A stretch of DNA of 64,000 bases, taken from positions 13,671,037 to 13,735,036 of the forward strand of contig OZ316891.1 in assembly GCA_973895155.1 (NCBI GenBank), read 5' to 3'. The notes under the pieces are model-generated. The model was not told where the DNA came from, did no database searches, and was given only the letters and a program-made list of their open reading frames with translations. Source of the DNA: Marsupella aquatica. Lineage: Eukaryota; Plantae; Marchantiophyta. Made by a program: the position numbers and the translations under genes. Shown piece by piece: positions 38,574 to 53,192 of the stretch (its first letter is position 1; the number at the start of each line of letters is the position of its first letter).

Positions 38574-38879
38574 TGTTTTCTATGGATGAAAACAGGGTAC
38601 TAAACCAATGGAATATCTATACAACAAGGCATATTTGTACAAAAAGGGTGACAATATTGTAAATTCAAACATCTTTAAAGACAATTATGTAACTAAAAGT
38701 TCTTCCCTTATGTCTCTAGTATGACCTATTTACCTCCATAGTACTAGCTAGGGTTTAGCAAACTAGGAAAGCACATGTCTGAGTTTCAGGTTCCCATAGA
38801 CCATAGGAGAGGGTACACCCAAGGAGAACACAAATTTGTGCTCACGTTGAGAAAGAGTGAGAGGGTGAAAAGAAGAGCT

Positions 38880-39005
38880 ATAGATTGTTAGCCATGGTGG
38901 GCATAATCATTTCGCATTATTGGATTTCTCTCACGACCATGGACGTAACCTAGACAGGGTGAACCACATACTTTCAGTGTCAAAGTTTATGGATGTTTTC
39001 TAACA
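38880..39005. mobile_element. Partial LTR related to the solo LTRs at 5744 and 6876 (opposite orientation)
   Basis: ggacgtaacc...ggtgaacca is the reverse complement of the tggttcacc...ggctacgtcc block in 6876-7134; ends ctaaca. Left boundary not defined. Confidence 0.45.
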
Positions 39006-40732
39006 TGGATTGACGTGTTGTCTCGTTCGATCTAGCTTTATCCCAACAAAAGCTGTTTTGTAAATATACCAAAAAATGCATTTTGCATGTGTAATTGAGA
39101 CCTCACTAAAGAACAAAACATTGGCACTAAGTGACAAATGCATATATATGTTTAGGTCCAATGTACACATGCAGTTATCAATTATTGCTGTGTTAATGTA
39201 TTTTCGCATTTGTCATCAAAATGTAACAAACATGGTAATTTTTTCATTGTACCTGAATTGTCAAAGTTATAGGAAGAGAGTACACTGCCCCTGAGTCCCT
39301 TGCCCCTTAGTCCATTGCCGGTGCATTGCACAAGACCCTGAACCCTAAACAAATGTCAATAAGAAAAAGGGCATTGTAGATAAGACAAAGAAAATTGTTG
39401 GGTCTAGGCATGGTGGTGCTGCCCCATATGGAAGGAGAAAGGTTTTTCCCTTCCTTGGGCCCTCCTGTTCTCTCCTTTTGCTCTTGTGGCAACCGGGGAT
39501 TCAAACATGACCACCATGGTGATCATAGTGCACATAACTAACCACAGTTTCCAACCTCTCATTTCCTCATTGGATTCAAACATGACCACTGTGTCCAACC
39601 TCTCATTTCCTCATTCAACACGGACAAAGACAAGTTCTTTTGCAGTGTGCACCGCAAGGGACATCAGTGGCAAAGCCCCCCTTTGTTCTTTTGCAATGTG
39701 ATATATACACTTGCACCTCAGGGCACATCCATGAAGGGGGCAAGGAGGGAAAGTTTAGTCGTGGCACAACAGCAGGCTTAGATTGGGTTTGGCAGGTAGG
39801 GAAAACTCATTTGGCAAACCGTGTGCGAGTATTGGCAATTGACATTTCCGCTTTGTCAATTGTCTGCAAAAGTCTTTGCAACTCCTAGCTTCGATGCAAA
39901 ACTCCACAAAACGCATGTTATTCAGGGCCCAAAGCCTGGCAACCGTTGTGGACCTGTATGCTTGGACGATGCATATTTGGAGTACACCAGGTACTGGGGT
40001 TGGTGTATGCACTGCACACTGAATTTAAATGGAAGACTTATTTCTAACAGAATTTCTTGAATGACATTACAGTGCCACTCTCATCATTAGACCTAGATCC
40101 ACCAGGTGGCATATTGTAGGAAATTTACCTTGAAACCCCACAAACATTTGTACAAGCCGCTGAAAACCTACTTTTCCTTCTTTGGTTTTTACAGGCCGCA
40201 TACTTCACTGACAAGTAGAAGGCAATAAGAGAACTAGCCCGACAAAGTCTGCTCAAGTATGTTGACTTTTGAAAGAAAAGTATGCTCTCAGTATATTGTA
40301 TGTCTACAATGTAGACAAGTATATGCAATCGACAAATAAATTGCAAGGAACCAGGAGTGATAAGTGGAATGATTGCATCTGTCTAGCAATATATACTCCT
40401 TGACATCATGTCTGAATCATTTCTGTAGGCAAATGATCTACTCGAACAGCAGCTGCTATCACCAACATCCTTTCTAAAGATACGAGGACAATGGTTCCAC
40501 TATTCCGTTGTCATCAGTACGCACTTTTGGGACAACATCCAAGCAAACCTTTTGTACAGAAGCAGACCTCAAGTAGGGATCTGCAATGTGACTCAAGTTT
40601 CCAAGAGTTCTAGTTTCTGGGAGACCAATATTACTAGGGCAGCTTTGCAGGGGTTATGAACTGTGCAGTTCATGGATCCAACATAATCGACCCGACAAAT
40701 TCCATGACAGTCTAAACTGCCCAATAAAAGTT

Positions 40733-42967
40733 CTATACACCTATTTTATAGACTCCCCTCCCTTCAGATAAAGGAGACTGACCTTGAGAATCAGATCCAG
40801 GATCATCATGAGGTGATTCTGATTCAGGTCGGATCTCTTCAATCATCTTCACGACTTGAGACATTTTAGGTCGTTGGTCTGGGGCAGTAGACGCGCATAC
40901 CATGGCAATTTGCAGAAGCCCCACCATTTCTTCCTCAATGTTCCTATACCGCATCAATTCCATGTCAAACACCTCAGCCGTCCACTCCTCCCTAACTACT
41001 GAATGAACCCAACGAGGTAGGTCAATCCCTTCTTCCTGGGCGGCACTGCTATAAGCTGGTGCAGGTGCCTTCCCTGTTAAAAGTTCTAGGAGTAACACTC
41101 CAAAGCTGTACACATCTGCACGCTGTGAGACTCGCTTTGTGTCAGCATGCTCTGGAGCACGGTAGCCAGTCATTCGAGTGCTAGCTGCTACTGATGTAAT
41201 TAAGAGGGCCAAACCATAGTCAGAGATACAAGCATTATAATTCTTGTCCAAAAGGATATTGGAAGATTTGATGTTCCCATGTGGAAACTTCTGCGACCCA
41301 CTTTCCTGATGCAGATATGCTAATCCTCGTGCAGACCCTAGAGCTATTCTTAGTCGTGTCACCCAGTCTAATGGTGTTCGCCCAGGCCCTCGATTACCTG
41401 TAGACACATCAAATGTAAAATCACCACCGCTCCAAGTTAGAAGATCGGCCCTGGAAAACATTTCAGAACTGGAGGGCAGCAAGGAGATCACCGAAGCCAC
41501 GGTTAAGAGATCCATTCACAAGGGACAAGGGCACTTAAGTCCTACGTCTCTCTGAATTGGAAAGTTAAAGAGGCGATAAAATACACACTACATCAGATAT
41601 CTTGATCAGCCTGCAAAGGAAAGATCAGCCAAAGGTAATGGAAACTAAACTTTACCATGAAGTAATGAGTACAGACTTCCATTAAGTTGGTAGTCATACA
41701 CTAGCAGCTTCTCCCCTTCGGCATAGTAATATGCCCTCAAGGGTACCACATTAGGATGTTTCATACTGCCGATTAGCTCCATTTGTTGTTCGAACTCTTT
41801 CTTCCCACTTGAGCTCACGTCTTTCAAGCGCTTCACAGCTACAACAGAACCATCCTCCAGTATTGCTTTATACGCGGTTCCAAAACTTCCCTTACCGAGC
41901 ATCTCTGCTGAGGCACGAAGAAGGTCCTCCAGCTCAAAAGTGTGCTTTGACCCCTCCAGGAAAACTAGCTTGCTCCTCTCTGCGTCTGTTAGCTGTACTG
42001 AGGAAAATTGATCAGGGCCGAAGTCACCTTTGTCACCATCCCCTCCCTTGGCCTGATTTTCATCATTGCGAGAGTGCATTCTCCAATAGTAGAACAGAAG
42101 GGCAAGAGTGATAACGATCAGTGCAGCTACATCTCCAACTACGATAGCAACAATTTCTCCCGTGGCTAACTTGTTGGAGCTCTTGTGGACATCAGCTCCA
42201 ATAGCGAGGGCGGGACTGGGAGGGTAAGTGACGCTTGGGGAAGCAGGAAACGTGGAAGGAGCTAGCTCTGGAGGAGGACTGCTGGCTGCTGCACAAGCTG
42301 CTAGCGGGCCCCCACATAGTAGCCCATTGCGAGCGAAGGCACTAGCGTTGAATCTGGACAGAGTTTTTGGTATGGGCCCTCTCAGGTGATTCCCAGAAAC
42401 GTTGAAGTCGTTCATCATTGAGTTGTTGATTGGAGGGATAGTTCCAGACAATTCGTTGTTCTCTATGCGCAGGGTTTGAAGCCTTGAAAGGCCATTAAAG
42501 GCATCAGGAATAGGTCCACTCAACCGATTGTTTTTTAGGTACAATCGTGCGAGTCTGGACATGTTTCTAGCAGAATCGGGGATTGGGCCGCTGAAATTGT
42601 TCTCGCCCAAGTAGACTAGCTGCATGAATGGCCAGTTGGTAAAATCAGGGATGGTGCCAGTGAGATTGTTGCCCTTAAGACTAAGAAGCCGCAGATCAGG
42701 CAGATCAATGAGGGAATCAATAGGTCCCCTGAGTTGAAAGTTGTCCAGTTTGATCTTAAAGACTCGACCAGCACTACAAGTAATTCCTATCCACGGCCGA
42801 ATAGCTGCACAAGGATCCGTTCCATTCCATTGTCCAAGCTTCCCTGATACATCAACTTTGCTTCGAAAGGCATAAAGAGCCATTGCATCACTTGTGACAG
42901 TCACCTGCGCAAAATGCGTCCTGGGCAGTAGGAGGAGCACGAGCACCACTAGATAAAGTTTAGCCAT
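40733..42967 (-). CDS. LRR receptor-like kinase, LRR-III type, atypical (probably inactive) kinase domain; exons 42967-41656, 41397-40733 (about 658 aa)
   Basis: Signal peptide, LRRNT (W.G.DPC...W.GI.C), about 5 LRRs, Pro-rich linker, [38 protein letters not shown] (HRD replaced by HGN), [15 protein letters not shown]; phase-1 intron in LLHG|NRG. Confidence 0.95.
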
Positions 42968-45900
42968 GGTTGCCCTGTGTAGAATGTAGAGTAACAGGGA
43001 TCAAAGAAGTGGAGAGAGAATCCACCTCAATGTGCGTACCAAGGCTTCAGCTGGAATCAGCTGTAAAAGCGGAAACTGTAAATGAAACGAACTCGCAATC
43101 TATAGTTGTGGTTTAAAGGCTGTGCGAAAATCATATTCTCAGCTTCTTGCACAGTTGGTCTTTCGGCACCAGTGTCGTCCAACCTGCAATTTTTCCTACC
43201 CTAATAGCCATCATGATCTCAACCAGACTCAACAACCGTGACTAGTCATGAGTAAGGTTGGACCGTGCCCCGAGGACTCAACGGTAGATTTATGGGGCTT
43301 CTGCCAAACATAAAAGGTCCATGTCAGCGCCTTTCTTTCTAAGAAAAACCATTTGTTATCCATATCAGGTCATTACATCGTCATTTACTTCTAAGCATAT
43401 AGAACCTTTTCACTCTCAACTTCTCAGGGCACTGAAACTCAATCCTCACGAGGATTTCCTTACAGAAGATGGAAGTGAGAGCAGGAAATTGCTAACAAGG
43501 TTCTCTTTCCGTTTTCAAAGGATGCAACCAGTCGTAAATTACATCAAGACAATTCCCAAGCAATTTAGTGTAATATTTCACAGATAGGTAGGAGATGCCA
43601 AGACCTTACCAAGGTAGTCTCCACCCAATGGATGCGTGATTACAACTTGAACAACAGAAAGAATGCTTTCCCGGGCTGCGAGATCAACAGGGACCTGCTG
43701 CACCACCTGCTCAGGGTGGTGTCGTCACAGCTGTTATTTACAACAAACTGATTTTCGCTGACGAGCCAAAATGCGACCATCTAGAACAACACATGAACAG
43801 AAGGTAGCGAATGAAAGCTTACATCATCAATCCACACCTTATTATTGAAGAGCAGTCACCTAGTTTTTACTCATCAGTACTAGTACAAATTAGTATACAG
43901 TGCATATTCTTACGTTAAAACGTTCTAGGATTGATCCAGGAAGTCGTGGACTTGCTTCTCTGTAAAGTGGACCCCTAATTCTGCAGATTTAGAACAACGT
44001 ACTACTACTGTCAGGCCTCCTTGGAGATAGCATCACATCCTAATCAGAGACTTCTCTTTAAAAATTAGTAGAATGAAAGACTACATAGTGCGTGGTAAAT
44101 CCTCCAGCTCCTTCTGGGTGGAGACTAACTTACCCAGTTCAGCTCGCAAAACTTTTGGTGAAATCTGTTCTCTCGTGGCAATATATTTAAGGCACATGTC
44201 ACTTTAAGCAATTGCCTCTCATGAGCAGCTGTCTTCTTCTCTTTCAATGTACCGTACCTGAGGCAAACATAATAACAATCGGAAAACCATCAAATGATGT
44301 GCAGAAACGCGTGGAAGCTGTCTTTAATACATTTCCGAGGTCTTCTACGATTCCAACCATGAGTGACAAGACCTTTGGCATCGCATCCTGACACACAACT
44401 ACAGCTGGCGAGGAACTTCATTTCACGGAAGGGTCCAATACAAGCAACCAAGGTCGTATTTTCTGGTCTAGTTAAGTATGCTACTTAGGGGGTCCCTTCT
44501 GCATTCAAATACTTTAGACGAAGCATTTGAAGATAAATGAACCACGACTTAGAACAGCAAGTTCCAATAAGCAGCAAAGTTTCTTCAGATCCGTCAAACT
44601 CGCAATTTTCCAAACCGATCAACATTGCCTCCAACGCCTCGAAAAACACTATCTGGAGTCCAGGCTCGACCCACATACTTAAACCGGGTGCTAGAGTAGA
44701 ATTTCTTAACATCGTTTAAAATCTCGGGGAATTTGGACAACTTCCTCACGGGCTCACGAGATGGAAGTAATATACAGTGCACCTTGGGAGAAAAGACAAG
44801 GGGATCTCATTGCATCTACAAGGAGTCGAACTTCCCTTTGCTGCTGCACAAAACGTCATGACATTAAAGGACGACCCTTAACCCTGCTAGAATAAGTCCC
44901 GGATGATAATTAATTTGAGCCTAAATTAGTCTCTGGGATATATGTTTGTGGAGGAGATGTGCAACAAAAAAAAGAATCGCCAGCTCTACCCGTGCACTGG
45001 CACACGTGTTGTTGGCAAACACCACTCCACGAACTACTTCAGAAACACATGGTAAGAAATACGTCAATGCAATTCCATGTGTTTTTTGTCAAATTCAACA
45101 CTGAGGAGTTCCCTCTAAGGATAAAGATTGCTTCCAGTCTTCAGTCCAAGCAAGCCGCTGCCAATACAAATTCCCAAAACAAGCCACTTTAAACCATAAA
45201 GTTGTACCAGTGGGACCACATGTTTTCAGCGAGGGACAGACAGGAAATTGCTACATCGTTCACTCTTTGTTTGAAAAACAGCCAACTAATCTCATAGCAA
45301 GGACCCTTAAAGCTGCTGAAATTCAGGCCCTTCCTGGACTGTTCCCGAAAAATCTACAAGTGGAGCAGGCAATGATGTTTTGATGAAAATGTGTGCATGA
45401 GTTCAATAACTTCGTAGACATTAGAGAGGGTTAAGCTCCTGGGTCCTAAAACTCATTAAAAGGGGATCGACAGGCATTTCTGTCCTCAAACAAGAGAGTG
45501 ATGGGGGACGGGGAGGTGCCCGACTAGAAAACCATTCGGGGTCAGTCATCAAGAAGACATTCATGCACAATGCAGACTGATGGAACGGCTGCCATTCTAT
45601 TCCCATCGTTTCGGAAGGGCGGCAGTGGACTAATGCGAAAACGTGGGCCGGTGGTGATGTACTCAAACCAGTTGGCACTCACCCCTCGTTTGATCATCCA
45701 ATAATCAATTTGTTCTCCTCGAGCTCATAAATGTAGACTGAAATTTGTTTTCATGTCTCCTTTTTGATGATCCAACAGCTACCCGGAACCGGAAGGTCTG
45801 CACACAAACCAACAAAAGAAGTATGAGCAAGTAGAGGTTTTCACTCTATCCATAAAACATTCACGTTATGTTAGTACAATGTAAAGCAAAGGTCTAAATC

Positions 45901-46651
45901 CGTCTTGAGAGTTGACCCCCTTTGATTCCTCAAAGTCGCAAAGAGGACGCGTTATCACCCATCAGCAAGATTCATATCTACAATAACAGAAACCCGACAG
46001 ATACGTAGTACAGGTATACTTTGCCCGTACATTGTACCCCTCTGGAGTTGGACCAAAATGCTCCACCAAAGCAAGCTGAGAAGCATGACTACAGAGCTTT
46101 TGAGACAGTCATCAGAACCTCTACAATGCATTTCACGGTGACAACATCTTAAAGTAACTACACTACAATGCGCATTGCATAACCTCGCCAACGCTAAATC
46201 ATGAACGTGGAACTCACTGCTTTGCGGGGACAAGAACCAGTGCGTTCACAAACTTAACTATTTTGCACAGGAACGAGAGTCACACCTCGGCTTCTCTGCG
46301 GCTCACAGGAGGCTTGTGGAAGAGAAGGAAGACACGCATCTAGTGAGAACACCAGCAGACATGACCCAAGGCAACGAAACTCACATCACGCACACGGTTC
46401 AGAATTTGGACACAGAATTGTGTCCACTACGTTCCAACAGACACAATGCAAGACCTCACTCGTGAGGTTTGCAATCCACGTCCGCGCATTGCAATGCAGA
46501 AGGTTCTCCTCACCTGCGACTACCGAACAATGCAGCTGCTGCCTCTCTGCCGAAAATTGCGAATCTCTTCCAATGTCGATCTTGCGGCCTCCTCCTCCCG
46601 GCTCGGGCGCACGCAATCGCGACCTTCAAAGTACAGAAAGCAAGGCAGCCA

Positions 46652-46825
46652 TCTGAGCTCCCGTTCGCGCCCCTCAGGTCGTCAGCATTTCCCCAACAGT
46701 AGTAGCAGTACAACACTCCGCATCAAACTCGTCTGAGCTCCGTTCGCGCCACTCGGGTCGTCGGCATTGCGGCATTGCCACAACAGTAGGAGTAGTAGTA
46801 GTACGACACGCCACACCACATCAAA
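46652..46825. repeat. About 80-bp imperfect tandem duplication in a GC-rich region upstream of the LRR-RLK
   Basis: tctgagctcc.gttcgcgcc.ctc.ggtcgtc.gcatt...caacagtag occurs at about 46652 and 46732. Confidence 0.75.
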
Positions 46826-49800
46826 TATCTCTCATCAGCAGCAGGAGCAGGAGCAAAGAAACGGTAGCCCGCACTCTGAGCTGCTCCTCGCAATCTCTAC
46901 TTTACGGTAACATTACCAGTATTGAAGTCGAGCGTGCCACTCTCGTCGTAATCCCGGTCTCTCAGGTCCAGCCATCGCCCCAGCATATCCCAGCCCAGTC
47001 CAGAAGTAGTGCTCCAGTCCATTTACCACCCCCGTTCGTCATCCTGCATTCCTGCATCTTCTCTGACCAGCTACAGTCGACCCAGCAGTAGGTACTACAC
47101 TCCTACAGTACAGCACAGGACGACTGTCACCAGCTTTTACGTTGCAGAAACGCAGGTACTGTACGCGCAATCTCCGTTGGAGCTGATGCGCTCAGAGAAT
47201 CGGGCCAGAAGTCCACGAGCCATAATTGGCAGCTCCGGCTTTGCGTTTTTGGGAGTTGTTTTTTCGAGCATCGGTCGGCATCGCCCACAGCGGAGACATG
47301 CACGAGAGTTGCGATTGCCTGTTTTCACGAGGACAGTGGCGCTGCGTTCTCTTCTCTGTGACATACGTAATGAATGCGCATACACTGTAATCAATGGGAG
47401 CGGCCCTTGCGGAAGTACTGCGTCACTGCGAGTTACGTCCCCCGGTCCTGCGCTACTGGTCGCTAGTCACGTGCCACCCATTCACTGCGCATGCAAACCG
47501 AGTAGGCGAGTACGCTGCTCGGAGTAAAGACCCGTTCGGCTTTTCGGTGCGTATTACTTCTCTTCTCTTCTATTCATTGCGCATCATAATTAATATATTA
47601 ATTATATACCACCCCTAATCCCCTATGCCCGTTGCTTACTTTTTTATTTCATTGGATCGTCATATATTAATAGTTAATAATTAATACTAGCGTAAGTAAG
47701 TGTCCGTTTTTTTTCCTGTTTCCTTGAGAACGTAAACAACTAAATATACACATCCAATACAAGAACGGTATTATGAACTTTAGGAGCGTGCATGCCTTTG
47801 TATGATAGACACAAGGGGATGAGCCCGTGCCTTTGTATGATGGACACATTGGGAATAGCCGTTGTGGTGATAGATGGGACATCAACCCAAACATGGAGGG
47901 AGAGTTAAACCAAGGTTGCAAAGCACAGTAGCTTGTGGCCAAAGAGAAACCACTTTTCTCACCACTACACCCCACCTACATCCACACACACGTTGGGACT
48001 GTGTCTGGTCGTGACCCTGGGACCTAGCCTCACCCTTGATAGTCGCTCCTCGTGAGAGGAAGCATGGAAATTCTGGACTGAGTGGATGTAGAGGCCTGAT
48101 GATAATGTTATATAGGAGAGGGTGATGTGTGGTGTGAGGTGAAGATGATCCCGAACATTGATGTGCTGGGCAATGGACCAGGGGCCTGAAGGTATGACGC
48201 AGGATACATGAGGCGTAGGCATGCTCGAGGCAATGCATCTTGCATGGGTTCATCACAAATTTGAGATAGATCCAATGAAATATGTCAAACACAAAGGGTC
48301 CGAGTACTTGCGGATCTGAGTGCTATTTCCGAATCTCTGGATTTGTGTGTTGATTGCTTGTCCTGAAACTCCAAAACTAAGTGCCTCACCCTATCAAGTG
48401 CTAAGTTGTTCATTGATTGTGTATCACTCCCTAAGCTCTCCTAAAACGAATTGATTCCTAACCTTGGCCAAATTGTTCCCCAAAATGGAAGGTGCAACTC
48501 AAAATCTAATCCAAGCAAACTATTGTAAAATACTGACTGGTTGGGTCATGCTTTATATTGATCTTACTTGCCTCACTGGAGATCAGTTGAGAAATCCAGA
48601 TTCCATTAAGTATTAACAAAGATACGACACTAAACACCCTATGGGAATCCAAATAGAGAAATGGTGATTGCGAGAAAAGTGAAGAAAACCTTTGAATTAT
48701 GTAGGACTAAACAGTTCGCTAGCTACACCACAAGAGTGGGGATGCAAATCTACCTCTTGGCACCTTAGAGCTTTGCACACGAGGCCAAGTTGCATTAGGG
48801 ATGAGAAATCTAGTGGTACCTCTCAGCCTTATTGTTTTGTTGTCAATTGGTCTTCTTGGGTGACTAGGTGGCAGTCAGGTGCCTACTTCACCAGTTTTGG
48901 GTCCCCTATCTTTTTTATTTGTTGAGCTTGGGATTTTGTGCCCCCTTTGTGGGCTACCCCATAATCTTTCAAGACAAAAATTTTCTCCTCATATTTGGAG
49001 CTCACCTTCTTGCCTGCAGCCATATATTAAGAAAAAATTACCTATAAAGAACAACAACATATACTGGTTTATAAAGGGCCTAACGCTAAGGAGCTTGATA
49101 GTAACTTATCCGTAAAAGGGACAACTGAAACCCACAATTATCTGAATTTGTAGCAATTGTGTGAACTGAGAGAGAGAGAGTTTACGTTGCTGATTGGTTG
49201 GTGTCATAATTGCATCGTACAGCCTTTCTAAAGTTTGTTTTGTGACTTTACAGACAACATCATACTAGCCGTTGGATCTGATCCAGCGTTGACGAACAAA
49301 AGGATTGTGGACAACACTGCACAATGGATTGACAGATGGGATCAGATGGTAATGATCAATGGTGATGGTGTGCAGCTTAAACCAACATGTTTAAGTTTGT
49401 GAAATGTTATTTTGGAGTTTTTGCAGTGCTATTTCTGTGCTACCGGGGTATGTGTAGCTTTGAGTCTCAAGTGTGTTTAAACCACCACTCTCCATATAAA
49501 AGGAGAAGTGAATCTGCCCACCTTCAAAAGGGTAAATTATTTTTTTTCAATCTAGAGTGTACTTGCACCCTAAACACAAAACTTACTATTTCTGAGTTGA
49601 CAGCAACAAGAGTTGATCTCAGCACCTGATGACTCCCAGCCAGACACTCTAACCAGCAAGATACTACTCAAGGTATACTAGGTGAGAAGTCGAAAACATA
49701 TACAAAGAGTTAAAATGCTTTGTTATTTTGTGAAATTTCACCCTCACCCTTTTCTCGTCGGCCTTCAATGAAGTTCATGGTGGGCTTCGGGTTCCAATGT

Positions 49801-52800
49801 GAACCCGGGTTCCCGCTAACAGGTTCAAGTGTCCAAGACTCCTCACTTTTTCAGATTGCTCTCCTCTAGCCTGAGACTTTGCTCCATAATTTCAGGAAAA
49901 GTATACTAAAAATGGTGAAACCTAGTGTAACTAGGTTTTGTCATGGACAGTGGCGCTTTAAGATGAGATTCTTGATGTTGTTGCCTAGTTGAGGGACCTA
50001 TCTACACAATATAATATACAATATAATGTTTTCCTTCATGACTCCTTGCAAAATGCACTTTTGGAGGGAATTCATTAGGACTATCAGATTTAAACCTTGA
50101 ATCTTCCTAGCCATGAGATCTGGTGAAAAGTAGATTAAAAACCACATCCTAACTTTCTGCATAGATGCGCCTCCACCCACACCTAGACCCATGCACTAAC
50201 ACCATAAAAGATTCCAATCTCAAGGTCCTTTGAAATTGACTGTTGATTGACATGTGGCTATCATGGGTAGGTGGGTTTGAAGTGAAAATCTCAGTAGGCC
50301 CACATTACATTTAAATACATTTGGACATATGATTGCCCCATTCACATGACAATACACACTACAATATTGACTTGAAAAGAAATTATATATAGAAGAGTAA
50401 AAAAGAATTTAAAGTTCATTTTTATTCTTATTAATCTGTTCTTTCTCTATGAAGAATTTTTCCAAGTTCCATTGACCCTACATCCTAAATCTGGACAGTT
50501 GATTTTGGTGAATAAGTCACTAAAGCTTTTAAAAATCCTCTTTGTGACATTCACAAGCCTCTTCACCTGGTAGCAACTATACTCAGAGCATCTCCTATGG
50601 TTACTGGGTTGGCCTACTGTAATCCTATTCACTTGTGGCCTCACTTGTGGTCCTTACTGGGTTTTTTGGTTACTGGATCTCTGTATATGAACTATTGTAT
50701 AACACATTGATTGAATATGAGAATAATTCCTGGGCTCTCCAAGATCTAATTATTAATATCCAACGTGCCTATGTCAAGAGTACTAAAATGACCCATTGGA
50801 CTTGCTTTTTGACATATCATCTTTGGCGCTATACATAGTAGACTTTGATTTTTTATATAGCATCCTTGCTATAGACTAAATAAAAATATATTTCTTTATG
50901 CTATATTTAGTTAATGTATACAGTAAGCAAATAGCTTAGGAGATGCTATTAATTGCGTTGTGAATTCATCCTCAATTGGCACTCTCTTACAGTGCCAGCT
51001 GTGGGATGTCTACTGATTGCTATTTTCCATACCACTACAGTGCTCTCACAGTTCACTCAGAACCCTCAAAAAACATTAATTATTTTTTGGTTCATAGAAC
51101 ACCTCAAGGTCCGAATATTAATTTTCTGTTTTAATTTTCTAATTTTGAGAACTAATATACACATAAAAATTCAGTACTTACACTAGGATGCCAAGAATGT
51201 TCTTAGAATATCATGAAAAAAATTATTTACAGGTTCACAAGGACCCCAAACCAATCTGTTAGTGGGGTCCAAAATCTTAGTAATTATTGATTTATTGCAG
51301 GAACCAGGATCCCCGTTGTCTAACTTCGCATTTAGGTGGTAAGCTCTTCACTATCCATGGTGGCATAATTGTTTGTATATCTTCCCTATGGTATGTAATC
51401 AGGCATCGGCTCCGATGTGCATCTATAAAATTGAATTAGCTCTCTGCTCAGAAATCTTTCCTCATCTGATTTTTGTCATTTCTTGACCCGATTCTATTCT
51501 TGCCCTTAACTGGTCCCTTGTATAGATAGATTTTATATTTTTCAAGGAAAATCGCCTAGGTAGATCCCCCTTTATAAATGAAAGGGGGGTGAAGAAAATC
51601 AACACCCAAAGCTACACAAAAATAAAATTAAGTCTGAAATGAAAAACCAGAGTCAAATTAACTAAGACTAAAAAAGTCCTAAAATAAAAATAATGAGTCT
51701 ACGACTCCTATGTCCAACCTCTGAAGTGCTTCTCAAGCGTTTCTATCACAATTGTTTTTTGTAGGTTGCAACGCTCTTACCATTGTGGTATTCAAAGACC
51801 GCAATACTTGAAGTTCAACAGATTATTCAAGACACCACAAAGTTATCACCAGAACCTCTTCTGGTATAGAATTTATTGTCCAATTTCCGACAGGCCAACG
51901 AAGAGGAAGATTCAAATCTTCCATCTGGAATCATCGAACAGCGATTTCCTACGTCGAAATTACCTCGAGTTCTTCAGTCAATCGCCCCGCTCCGAAGAAG
52001 GAAGTGCAAGAGGGGCTGGGAACAGAAAACTTGACGTCGACTGGAGTACACTTCAGGATCTTCCTCAATACTCAATTTTGCTAAACTACTGAAGCAATTG
52101 GGTTTTTCACACCAGGGCAGCGAGGACTTAGAAGTAGATAGACCAGTTGCAGAGCAGGTCATGGAAGAAACAAACAAATTGGGCAGGAGAAGATAACCCA
52201 AGAGAAGGATCTGCAACTTTGTCAACGCAAATTAGAGAGGACGTTGGCCGGGACCGAGTCTCATGGGCTATACATCTGCAATGTAAGTAAAATTCCTGTA
52301 ATGTTGTCCATTGGGTGAAAACTCCTGTTGTTAGCTTAATTTGTGTGGCGGTTATATACTTGAGTTACACTTAGATGCCAGACTGTGAAATCGGAGCTCT
52401 ATGATGGCGTCTGACTTTCACGGAAGCATCGAAATTATTTGGAATTGATACTGACCAGGACTTTGAAGCAAAACACAAATTTGATAGAAGAGTTCCGGGT
52501 GAGTCACAAGATGAGTTGATTGATTCTACAGTGATAGGTTCCATCGATGCTCTCCTTGTGAAGAGGAAATACGGGGCACTGCTAACCTGGTACAATGTGC
52601 CAGTGGGAGAAATATGGCGTAAGGAGGTATCATACACTTTGCAATTTGGGTCAACTTTGACAGCCCTGGAGGCTGACTGGCCACCTTTCTTGGATGGAAC
52701 GAGGAGGGTCCTGCTTATGACAATTCAAAAGGTATTAAGAGCATTATAAAAGCATACGGTGACTTACAGAATGACTCTTACCAGCCGACATACACTAGGC

Positions 52801-53192
52801 CTGGAGTAGATATTACAGTATGCAAGATCTACGGTACATACCAGCGGACGCGGTGGCAAGGTTCGTGGGGAATCTAAGAAGTACTAAAAAGCATGCCAAG
52901 TGGCGTGTAGATCCGTATGGGCAGCCTCCAACACTGGATTTACTTTCTCATAAATGATCTTGGGGCCAAACGCCCAGTGGCCATAATTGCCAGTTCACGA
53001 ACCAAGAGAGGAATTCACACCACGGGATCTGATTCAAAATCATAGAAGTTGATTGTGCACCCCCTTTAACGATTTTATCCAGAGAAACCTACGATCCCAA
53101 GATCCACTGCTGGAGATAATGCATGTACGTGCCGAGTGACTCTGTCGAAGTTCACAAGTCATCTCAAATTACCCAAAAAACCACCAGTTCGC

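Noticed and set aside
47009-47527. 172-aa plus-strand ORF
   Set aside because: GC-rich promoter-like region, non-ATG start, composition typical of spurious ORFs.
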